Shown here: one piece after another, positions 1-7,008 of the stretch
Layout: each line of letters opens with the position of its first letter
Position numbering within the stretch: the stretch's first letter is position 1
Notes under the pieces: model-generated
Database searches by the model: none
The model's input: the letters and a program-made list of their open reading frames with translations, nothing else
Told to the model about the DNA's origin: nothing
Origin: Hormoscilla sp.
GTDB lineage: Bacteria > Cyanobacteriota > Cyanobacteriia > Cyanobacteriales > Desertifilaceae
Assembly: GCA_051439505.1 (NCBI GenBank)
Contig: JBFRWI010000095.1
Span: 1 to 16,833 of the forward strand
Direction of reading: 5' to 3'
Length of the DNA: 16,833 nt
Program-made: the position numbers and the translations under genes

Positions 1-84
1 GGACAGCGGGTAAAATCGCACCTGGTCTTCGGACAACTTCACCCGTGCTTTCAGCCAGCGGCGCAACTCATCCTATTTAGCCGG
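1..84 (-). pseudogene. cas2: 3' fragment of CRISPR-associated endonuclease Cas2, disrupted (continues off the left edge)
   Basis: Manual minus-strand translation of 84..1 gives PAK*DELRRWLKARVKLSEDQVRFYPLS. This resembles the 'KYxELRRRLxxRVKLxED.(V/I)RFYPLS' segment I recall from cyanobacterial Cas2. There is an in-frame TAG at 75-73 where Tyr is expected, and the upstream half is replaced by a repeat element starting at 83. Confidence 0.7.
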
Positions 85-245
85 GTGTGGTCATGGGTCA
101 GTTGGTACGGGGGAGATCCTCGCGGGGGGTTGCAAACGGGCGCGAACATCTATCTTATGATATCATCATTTGCGCAAGAATGCCAGTCGCCCCTACAGTT
201 ATCGGCAACAAATGACTATCAACTACTAACGATCCGGGTACATCT
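83..245. mobile_element. Degenerate MITE copy (GGGTGTGGT end), inverted homologue of 365-537
   Basis: 83-128 (gggtgtggtcatgggtcagttggtacgggggagatcctcgcgggggg) matches the reverse complement of 492-537. The internal 'atatcatcatttgcgcaagaatgccagtcgcccctacag' also aligns. The right end is decayed, so the end coordinate is approximate. Confidence 0.6.
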
Positions 246-344
246 CACTTTTGTAATATAGCCCGCGCAGGCGGTTGCCGCGCTGCGCACGCTGCGCGAA
301 AAATCGCAATGACATTGCTTGGTATGTGTAGCCGGACCCTTTAG

Positions 345-364
345 GGTTCGGTTCGGTTCGGTTC
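345..364. repeat. (GGTTC)4 pentanucleotide tandem repeat
   Basis: Four exact GGTTC units; the pattern resumes at 538-548 after the MITE. Confidence 0.9.
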
Positions 365-537
365 GGGTGTGGTCAAAACCCGTTGATCGTTTATGGGACC
401 TCCCATCTGTCGGATCCCTGTAGGGGCGAAGCATTCGGGCGACAAATTATGATATAAATTTACAGATATTATATCCGAATGCTTCGCCCTGCCCCCGCGA
501 GGATCTCCCCGTACCAACTGCACGCTAAACCACACCC
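365..537. mobile_element. 173-bp MITE with GGGTGTGGT terminal inverted repeats, carrying a GTAG-type REP inverted pair
   Basis: Ends are gggtgtggt (365) and accacaccc (537), flanked by gttcggttc at 356-364 and 538-546 (candidate TSD). Internal inverted repeat: gggcgaagcattcgg ... ccgaatgcttcgccc (about 424-489). Confidence 0.7.
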
Positions 538-615
538 GTTCGGTTCGGGCGGGGGGGCGGGGTAGCTGCAAAAATCAATTACCATAGGTAGAATGGTAAG
601 TAAGTGATAATAGAG

Positions 616-2694
616 ATGATAACAAAAGAACAAGCGCTATTACTGCTCCGGCAAGCCCTGAATAACTCAACTGCTAACTTTAGAGATGGGCAATGGGAGG
701 CGATCGGGGAATTAATCTCTAAGAGATCGCGACTGCTGGTCGTCCAGCGTACAGGTTGGGGGAAAAGCATAGTCTACTTTCTGGCCACTCGCATCCTGCG
801 CGATCGGGGATCTGGTCCGACCCTTCTGATATCACCGCTACTGGCCCTGATGCGAAACCAAATTGCTGCCGCCGAACGGATCGATATCCGGGCGGCGACA
901 ATTAACTCCAGCAATGTAGCAGAATGGGAAGAAGTCAAGGAACAATTACTAGCAGGACAAGTAGATGTATTGCTGATATCCCCCGAACGACTGGCCAATG
1001 AAAAATTTCGGGAAAGCATTCTCCTGCCCATTGCCAAAAAAATTGGCTTATTTGTCGTGGATGAAGCCCATTGTATCTCCGACTGGGGACATGACTTTCG
1101 CCCCGACTATCGACGCATTGTCAGAATATTACAGGCCCTGCCCCAGAATATTCCCGCCCTCGCAACTACCGCCACAGCTAACAACCGGGTCGTTGATGAT
1201 ATCAAAGCCCAACTAGGGTCCTCTCTGCGCCTATCCAGAGGTCCTCTAATTAGAGAAAGCTTACAACTGCAAAATATCTATCTTCCCAGTCCCGCCGCCC
1301 GCATGGCCTGGTTAGCCGAACATGTCCCCAATATCTCCGGTAGTGGCATTATTTACACCCTCACGGTTAAAGATGCCGAACGAGTTGCAGATTGGTTGCA
1401 GACTCAGGGAATTAATGCCCTAGCATACCACAGCCAGGGAGAAGAACGGGAAGTATTAGAAGACCAACTGCTGCACAATCAAATCAAAGCATTAGTTGCT
1501 ACTACAGCTTTAGGCATGGGTTTTGATAAGCCCGATATCGGATTTGTCATACATTACCAACGTCCGGGTTCAGTTGTCCATTATTATCAACAAGTGGGAC
1601 GGGCCGGAAGAGCCGTAAAACAAGCCTATGGCATTCTCCTAATGGGAAAAGAAGATGAAGAAATTACTAACTATTTTATCGACAGCGCTTTCCCCCCCGA
1701 AGCCCATACAGAAGGGGTATTAAATGCCCTTAATGAAGCCGATGATGGCTTGTCTGTCCCTCAGTTGGAGCAGCTACTCAATCTTTCTAACAGCAAAATA
1801 GCCAAGGTATTGAAAATGCTGTCTCTGGAGTCTCCCGCCCCGGTAACTAAACAAGGATCCAAGTGGTATGCGACGCCGGTTCTTTATAAACCCGATCGCC
1901 AGAAAATCGAGCAGTTGACAAAAATTCGCTACCAAGAACAAGAACAGATGGGGGAGTACATGGAAAGTAAAGAATGTCTGATGGCTTTTCTAGCCAGAGC
2001 ATTAGATGACCCGGATCCAACTCCCTGCGGGAAATGTGCAGTATGCCAGCAACGGCCTTTGTTACCGGAAACCTACTCCCAATCTATGGCCGATCGAGCC
2101 ATTCAGTATCTACGTCGGAGCGAACAAATAATTGCACCCCGCAAGCAATGGCCGTCAAAAGCTTTACAGATTTATGAATTTTCTGGTAGAATCAAAGAAA
2201 ATTTAAAAGCCGAGTCGGGACGGGCATTATCTCTCTGGGGAGATGCGGGTTGGGGAGAATTAGTCAAGCATGGGAAATTCAGGGACGATCGCTTTGACGA
2301 GGCCCTAGTGCAGGGTGCAGTGGAGATGATTCAGCGGTGGCAACCGGAACCCATGCCAACCTGGATCGCTTGCGTGCCTTCCTTGTATCGTCCCGAATTA
2401 GTGCCTGATTTTGCCATGAGACTGGCTGAAAAGCTAGGTTTACCATTGCTAGAGGTGGTGCGGAAGGTGCGGCACAATAAACTCCAGAAGAACATGAGTA
2501 ACAGTTACCAGAAAGCGCGCAATTTGGATGGAGTATTTGCAGTTGATGCGGCGAATGTCATGGAAGAACCAGTGTTATTAGTGGACGATTTTGTCGATTC
2601 CCGTTGGACCTTGACAGTAATTGCGGCCTTGCTGCGTCGTGCTGGAAGTGGTAAGGTTTTTCCTCTAGCATTAGCTATTAATTCTTTAGACTAG
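616..2694 (+). CDS. rqlH: RecQ-family ATP-dependent DNA helicase with C-terminal phosphoribosyltransferase (ComF-like) domain; RqlH-like
   Basis: Motif I QRTGWGKS; VVDEAHCISDWGHDFRP (DEAH plus RecQ aromatic loop); ALGMGFDKPD; QQVGRAGR; Zn site C..CGKCAVC; no HRDC domain; PRPP-binding-like VLLVDDFVDSRWT near the C-terminus. ATG at 616 preferred; GTG at 604 is possible. Confidence 0.9.
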   Translation: MITKEQALLLLRQALNNSTANFRDGQWEAIGELISKRSRLLVVQRTGWGKSIVYFLATRILRDRGSGPTLLISPLLALMRNQIAAAERIDIRAATINSSNVAEWEEVKEQLLAGQVDVLLISPERLANEKFRESILLPIAKKIGLFVVDEAHCISDWGHDFRPDYRRIVRILQALPQNIPALATTATANNRVVDDIKAQLGSSLRLSRGPLIRESLQLQNIYLPSPAARMAWLAEHVPNISGSGIIYTLTVKDAERVADWLQTQGINALAYHSQGEEREVLEDQLLHNQIKALVATTALGMGFDKPDIGFVIHYQRPGSVVHYYQQVGRAGRAVKQAYGILLMGKEDEEITNYFIDSAFPPEAHTEGVLNALNEADDGLSVPQLEQLLNLSNSKIAKVLKMLSLESPAPVTKQGSKWYATPVLYKPDRQKIEQLTKIRYQEQEQMGEYMESKECLMAFLARALDDPDPTPCGKCAVCQQRPLLPETYSQSMADRAIQYLRRSEQIIAPRKQWPSKALQIYEFSGRIKENLKAESGRALSLWGDAGWGELVKHGKFRDDRFDEALVQGAVEMIQRWQPEPMPTWIACVPSLYRPELVPDFAMRLAEKLGLPLLEVVRKVRHNKLQKNMSNSYQKARNLDGVFAVDAANVMEEPVLLVDDFVDSRWTLTVIAALLRRAGSGKVFPLALAINSLD

Positions 2695-2709
2695 ACCAGG
2701 GAGAAAATT

Positions 2710-3960
2710 ATGTCCGATCGCGTGTTATCGCCAGATACTGAAGCCATTCTCCTGTTGTGCGCCCGGTTCGGACAGCCTCGGCAAACAAAACCGCAACCCC
2801 TAACCCTGGGGGAATATAATACTGTAGCGGGTTGGCTGCGGGAAAATCAAATGAGTCCAAAGGATTTGCTGGATCCTCCTCCCATAAAGAAAAATCCCTT
2901 ACCTCAAAATAGCATAGGCAAGGTAGATACAGCCAGGCTAGTAGCGTTACTAGACCGAGGGATGATGCTGAGTTTGGCAGTTGAGAAATGGACGAGTCAG
3001 GGGCTGTGGGTGCTGGGACGGGGTGACGCGAGATATCCCCAGGGTCTCAAGAAGAGATTAAAACAGTCAGCCCCAGCTATTTTCTATGGGGCGGGCAATA
3101 TGGAACTGTTGAATAAGGGAGGGCTAGCAGTTGTCGGTTCTCGGGATGTCTCGCCAGAAGAACTCGACTATACTCGGCAAGTTGCCCGGACTTGCGCAGC
3201 ACAAGGAATGCAGGTAGTTTCTGGTGGGGCCCGTGGGGTAGATGAAGCCTCAATGCTAGGAATATTAGAGGCAGGAGGAACTGCTGTGGGCGTGTTAGCT
3301 GACAGCTTGACAAAGGCGGCAGTGAGTGGCAAGTATCGGCAAAGTATTAAAGAGGGCAGATTGACTTTAATTTCTGCATACGATCCGAATGCTAGCTTCT
3401 ATGTGGGCAATGCGATCGGGCGAAATAAGTATATCTATGCTTTAGGCGATCGGGCCTTAGTGGTGAGTGCTGAGGTTGGCAAGGGGGGTAGTTGGAAGGG
3501 TGCAGTAGAAGCCTTAGAAAAGATAAAGGATCTGCCAGTTTTTGTGCGGATGGAGTTAACCGTGCCCCAGGGAAATCGGGAGCTACTGCTGAAAGGAGCA
3601 AAGCCCTTTCCAGAACTCCCTGTAAATGAGGATTTGAGAGAACTTTTGGCAAAAGAAACTGCTGTGGAGGCTGTGGAGGCAAATCAACCATTCTGTGAAG
3701 AAGATCGAGATGTTTTCCCGACTGAAATCCAGGATAAGAAGCCTAATATTTATGCAATTGTTTTACCACTCATTCTCGATCGGTTAGAGCGACCATTAGA
3801 TGTAAAATCTCTGGCAGAGTATCTGGATGTCAGAGTTGTACAGATGCAGGATTGGTTGAACAGAGCCGTGGCAGAGGGTAAAGTAATAAAAACTAATAAT
3901 CCAGTGAGATATGTTGTTAATATCCCAGCTACTCAGTTGGATATTTGGGAGTACTTATAG
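2710..3960 (+). CDS. rqlI: DprA/Smf (DNA-processing) domain protein with C-terminal winged helix; RqlI-like partner of the helicase
   Basis: DprA Rossmann-fold motifs YP..LK..L...AP..FYGAGN, LAVVGSR, VVSGGARGVD and GRNKYIYAL. C-terminal wHTH-like segment LDVKSLAEYLDV..QMQDWLNRAVAEGKV. Starts 15 bp after the helicase, with GGAG upstream. Confidence 0.85.
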   Translation: MSDRVLSPDTEAILLLCARFGQPRQTKPQPLTLGEYNTVAGWLRENQMSPKDLLDPPPIKKNPLPQNSIGKVDTARLVALLDRGMMLSLAVEKWTSQGLWVLGRGDARYPQGLKKRLKQSAPAIFYGAGNMELLNKGGLAVVGSRDVSPEELDYTRQVARTCAAQGMQVVSGGARGVDEASMLGILEAGGTAVGVLADSLTKAAVSGKYRQSIKEGRLTLISAYDPNASFYVGNAIGRNKYIYALGDRALVVSAEVGKGGSWKGAVEALEKIKDLPVFVRMELTVPQGNRELLLKGAKPFPELPVNEDLRELLAKETAVEAVEANQPFCEEDRDVFPTEIQDKKPNIYAIVLPLILDRLERPLDVKSLAEYLDVRVVQMQDWLNRAVAEGKVIKTNNPVRYVVNIPATQLDIWEYL

Positions 3961-3972
3961 TCTGAAAAATAC

Positions 3973-4018
3973 ATCATAATAAGTTGAATAATAAAATTAT
4001 ATTGCCACTTATTATGAT
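3973..4018. terminator. AT-rich inverted repeat directly after the rqlI-like gene (possible terminator or binding site)
   Basis: atcataataagt (3973-3984) and acttattatgat (4007-4018) form a perfect 12-bp inverted repeat. Confidence 0.4.
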
Positions 4019-4056
4019 ATATTTTAAGCTGTCAAAGACAAAAACTTTTAATTGCT

Positions 4057-4197
4057 ATATCATGTCCGATTAAATGCTTTAATCACCTGTAGGTTGGGTA
4101 GAGGCACGAAACCCAACCGGGTGCTGGGTAACGCGGGACACTCTAGATGGTAAGAGTCTGGGTTTCTCAATTGTGAGTAATTACCCGGACTTGATAT
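4057..4197. mobile_element. MITE with ATATCA(T/A)GTCCG terminal inverted repeats, carrying a GTAG-type REP
   Basis: Left end atatcatgtccg, right end cggacttgatat (11/12 match). The internal ~90 bp is nearly identical to ~16628-16719. REP gtaggttgggtagaggcacgaaacccaacc at 4089-4118. Confidence 0.7.
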
Positions 4198-4279
4198 TAG
4201 TCCTTGCATTCGAGTACCCAGAAACCCGGTTTCTTGGAGAAACCGGGTTTCTTAGTCTTTGTGCTTGAGTACCCAAAAA
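4197..4279. repeat. AGAAACCCGGTTTCT palindromic repeat with flanking imperfect direct repeat
   Basis: agaaacccggtttcttggagaaaccgggtttct, flanked by ttagtccttgcattcgagtacccagaaa and ttagtctttgtgcttgagtacccaaaaa. Confidence 0.75.
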
Positions 4280-4290
4280 ACAGGTATATT

Positions 4291-4510
4291 ATATCATTTT
4301 GGAAAAAGATTGCTACACTTTGACTCCCTGTAATTTTCTGGCTTCGTTGTCAGCCCGCAGGGGGTTCAAACCCCCTGCTAATAGCTAAAGTCGGTTAAAA
4401 CCGACTGGGGGCCGAAAATATTAACTAACTGTAGCAATATTTATAGATTTTATGTTTTTTTTTGTAGGGTGGGTGTAACTAATTGTAGCATTTTTTTGTC
4501 AAAACGGGAT
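4291..4510. mobile_element. Degenerate MITE shell (27-bp imperfect TIRs ending in TGCTACA) containing a double-hairpin element
   Basis: atatcattttggaaaaagattgctaca versus the reverse complement of 4484-4510 (atcccgttttgacaaaaaaatgctaca): 20/27 match by eye. Confidence 0.5.
4351..4407 (+). repeat. Double-hairpin repeat, copy 1
   Basis: cagcccgcagggggttcaaaccccctgctaatagctaaagtcggttaaaaccgactg; homologues at 4872-4927 (minus) and 16528-16584. Confidence 0.85.
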
Positions 4511-4704
4511 GATACCATTTGTTAAATGTCTGATATATTTAACTTGGCAAAATACCTGAATCAAGCCTAATTTTTGGTCGCGAGGCAATGTAGATAGCAA
4601 GGTGAATAAAATGCTATAAATTTGTTGTTGGGCTCGATCTAAAACCGCAGAATAGGGCGATAGAGCCCAACAAAGAGGCAGGCAGATTGGTATCTTTGGG
4701 CTAA

Positions 4705-4725
4705 GGTGGGCGGTGCCCACCCTAC
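4705..4725 (-). repeat. GTAG-type REP (GTAGGGTGGGCACCGCCCACC)
   Basis: Identical 21-mer at 6576-6596 (minus) and 13686-13706 (plus). Confidence 0.85.
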
Positions 4726-4795
4726 TACTATACTCTATACTTTATAGCCAAATTATATTAGTCGGTTTTAACTCACATATTGCACCATTGTCAAC

Positions 4796-4844
4796 TAGAG
4801 GCAGAGCCTCTATAAATCGTTCCCAGGCGGAGCCTAGGAACGAG
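4796..4844. repeat. AGGCAGAGCCT-type paired palindromic repeat
   Basis: Hairpin tagaggcagagcctcta followed by hairpin cgttcccaggcggagcctaggaacg; I recognise this as a common cyanobacterial intergenic repeat type. Confidence 0.65.
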
Positions 4845-4871
4845 GATAAATTCTTATCTAGATAAGGCTTC

Positions 4872-4927
4872 CAGTGGGTTTTAACCCACTTAAGCTATTA
4901 GCCGGGGGTTTGAACCCCCGGCGGGCT
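4872..4927 (-). repeat. Double-hairpin repeat, copy 2
   Basis: Reverse complement reads agcccgccgggggttcaaacccccggctaatagcttaagtgggttaaaacccactg. Confidence 0.85.
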
Positions 4928-4962
4928 AACAGCGAAGAGAAGGAGTTGGAACTATGGTATAA

Positions 4963-5685
4963 TTATGGAAAGATTTCCCCAAGGCGCTGCTGAAGCATCT
5001 CGGGAAATTTGGCATAATATTTTTCATTCAAAGGGGATGGGTGGGGCAGAGGTAACAGCGTTACTTGCTTTTCATGGGGCTGTCTGAGGTTATCTACGGC
5101 TTTCAGGGTTACTTGCAAGCTGGCAGTGTAGCGATCGCCCCTTTGAAAAAAGCCAGTCACTTCCCCTTTAGCACCATAGGGAATAAACCATTTAAAGGCT
5201 TCAGTCCCCAGAGTAATGATTTTATTTCCTTGCCAGTGAATGACCAGCAGACGCTCGATAAAAGGACGAAATCTCTTTTTTACCCCAGCGAGATAGGCTT
5301 TATTCCCAGGGGGTTTGTAAGGTACAGTATTAGTGAGCAAAACATGGTCGCAGATAGCTGACAATTCTTCATTTTGGCTGGACTCTTGGCGATAAACGGC
5401 GCGGTAAACCCCTTTACGCACTAGCCTGCCAGCGGCACCGTATAGGGGTTGACGGGCATGAACTTCATCTTTGCCCAGATCCCGGCCAAAAAAGCACAGC
5501 TGACTTGACAATTTGCCAGCATAGAGAATAGGCTGAGTTGGCTTTAAGTTTGCAGCCTGATATACTGGTTCGTCGATGGGAAAGCTAGCCCGTTCCGCTT
5601 CCTGCTGGATCTCGGCAATCAATTGTGCTGCGTCTGAACTAAAGTTGGAGGTATCAAACAGACTGAGTTGTTCTTCGTTAGCCAT
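4963..5685 (-). CDS. Uracil-DNA glycosylase superfamily protein
   Basis: UDG-fold motifs FFGRDLGKDE..PLYGAAG, LTNTVPYKPPGN, IITLG.EA and LPHPSPLN. Confidence 0.85.
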   Translation of the reverse strand: MANEEQLSLFDTSNFSSDAAQLIAEIQQEAERASFPIDEPVYQAANLKPTQPILYAGKLSSQLCFFGRDLGKDEVHARQPLYGAAGRLVRKGVYRAVYRQESSQNEELSAICDHVLLTNTVPYKPPGNKAYLAGVKKRFRPFIERLLVIHWQGNKIITLGTEAFKWFIPYGAKGEVTGFFQRGDRYTASLQVTLKAVDNLRQPHEKQVTLLPLPHPSPLNEKYYAKFPEMLQQRLGEIFP

Positions 5686-5770
5686 GAATTTCAGGATCGA
5701 GTTAAATTCGATCGGCGACTAGGGGCAAAAATGAGCCAAAATAGAAATCAGCCCATCTGGTGCCTGTGTT

Positions 5771-6490
5771 ATGTTACCTGATTTTATCTTTGTCAATCGC
5801 CAGGATGCCGGACAGCAGCTAGCCTCCGCAGTTGCCGTCCAGATCGCCCAGTTGCATCAAGAAGCACCGCCCAGAACAATTGTTTATGCCCTACCTCGGG
5901 GGGGTTTGCCAGTTGCTGTCCCGATCGCCCGGACTTTGGGTTGTCCTCTGGATGTGGTGGTGGCCAAAAAGATCGCCAAACCCTCTAATCCGGAGTTAGC
6001 TATTGGTGCGGTGACTGCCTGCGGACAGGTAATCTGGTCTACAGAACTCGTTATAGATGAACCTAGTTTACAGGAAATCCTGCGGCGGCAAGCCCAAGAG
6101 AAAGCAATATCTCAACTGGGCCAGCTTGCCCCTAACCGCCCTGCTGTATCCCTTGATACAGGCGAGCTATTAAATAACTCCCCATTGCCCAAACAGGATC
6201 TGAGTCCCACTGGGGCGATCGCCCTTTTAGTCGATGATGGCATTGCGACGGGGATGACCATGGCGGTAGCGGTCAAGGCCCTGCGACAGCAAAATCCCGC
6301 CCAAATCTGGATCTGTACGCCAGTGGCACCCCAAAGCTTGCTAGCAGAACTGCACAGCTGGGGCGATCGGGCGATTATTTTAGCCACTCCGGAAAAATTC
6401 GGTAGTGTCAGTCGCTTTTATGCCTCCTTTCAGCAGGTGCAGATATCTGAAGCCCTTGCTTGTCTGGAACAACAACTCGATTGGCTGTAA
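5771..6490 (+). CDS. Type I phosphoribosyltransferase family protein
   Basis: F.NRQDAGQQLA; YALPRGGLPVA; KKIAKP.NPELAIGAV; PRPP loop LLVDDGIATGMT; VSRFY..F.QV. Confidence 0.9.
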   Translation: MLPDFIFVNRQDAGQQLASAVAVQIAQLHQEAPPRTIVYALPRGGLPVAVPIARTLGCPLDVVVAKKIAKPSNPELAIGAVTACGQVIWSTELVIDEPSLQEILRRQAQEKAISQLGQLAPNRPAVSLDTGELLNNSPLPKQDLSPTGAIALLVDDGIATGMTMAVAVKALRQQNPAQIWICTPVAPQSLLAELHSWGDRAIILATPEKFGSVSRFYASFQQVQISEALACLEQQLDWL

Positions 6491-6501
6491 AATAAAAGAT
6501 G

Positions 6502-6599
6502 ATTGTAGGTTGGGTTGAGGCACGAAACCCAACCAATACATGTGATGATGTTGTCTATTTATCTCAAAATCGGATGGTGGGCGGTGCCCACCCTACAAT
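6502..6599. repeat. REPIN-like inverted pair of two different GTAG REPs between convergent genes
   Basis: gtaggttgggttgaggcacgaaacccaacc (6505-6534) and ggtgggcggtgcccaccctac (6576-6596); outer attgtag/ctacaat. Confidence 0.75.
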
Positions 6600-6904
6600 T
6601 AATCAATCAATGCTTCCACATCCTGTCGGTAGGCGAGCAAGGCGTGGTTTCCTTTCTGTTCTTTTAAGAGAGGAAGGATAACGTCAGATGTTTCGGCGGA
6701 CACGATCGTCTTTAGCTCAAAATTGGTATTATAGCCAGGGATATCACCCATGCGTTTGCCGTGAGAGCCTTCTCCTTGCACTTGATTGACGGTATATCCG
6801 GTGATATCATGCTTTTTCAGTAGCTTGACAATCTTGTCTTTCAATACTGTCTCGCTAATGATGGTAAGCAAGACAGCTGGTTTGACGGGGGTTGCTTCTG
6901 ACAT
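6599..6904 (-). CDS. PII-superfamily (SbtB-like) signalling protein
   Basis: About 101 aa. LLTIISE.VL..KI..LLKK..ITGYTV..VQGEGSHG.R pattern is typical of SbtB/PII-like proteins. ATG at 6904 preferred; 6922 is possible. Confidence 0.75.
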   Translation of the reverse strand: MSEATPVKPAVLLTIISETVLKDKIVKLLKKHDITGYTVNQVQGEGSHGKRMGDIPGYNTNFELKTIVSAETSDVILPLLKEQKGNHALLAYRQDVEALID

Positions 6905-7008
6905 AGGACACTCCACTATCATAGGTTCTCTATTCAGTATCCGCTATCAACTCCACGAGATGTGATAAGTTTTATTACGGGGCGATCGCGCTCTGGTACG
7001 ATATCAGT

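Noticed and set aside
345..548. GGTTC repeats near cas2 as a CRISPR array
   Set aside because: 5-bp tandem units with no spacers. No 25-40-bp regularly spaced direct repeats were seen anywhere in the window.
219..770. Short ORFs 219-434, 341-571 and 579-770
   Set aside because: They are translations of repeats/MITEs (TEPNR from GGTTC) or antisense to the helicase.
616..3960. Housekeeping recQ and competence dprA
   Set aside because: The helicase lacks HRDC and has a PRTase tail. The partner has an RqlI-type N-terminus and the operon linkage fits RqlHI.
4357..4378. GGTTCAAACC as a tRNA T-arm or integration-site remnant
   Set aside because: The loop is 6 nt and there is no acceptor, D or anticodon arm; it is part of a 3-copy double-hairpin repeat.
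4499..4720. 73-aa minus-strand ORF in the repeat cluster
   Set aside because: It starts inside a REP, has no recognisable motifs and lies in repeat-derived DNA.
6499..6681. 60-aa ORF MIVGWVEARNPT...
   Set aside because: It is the translation of the REP pair and overlaps the PII-like gene in antisense.
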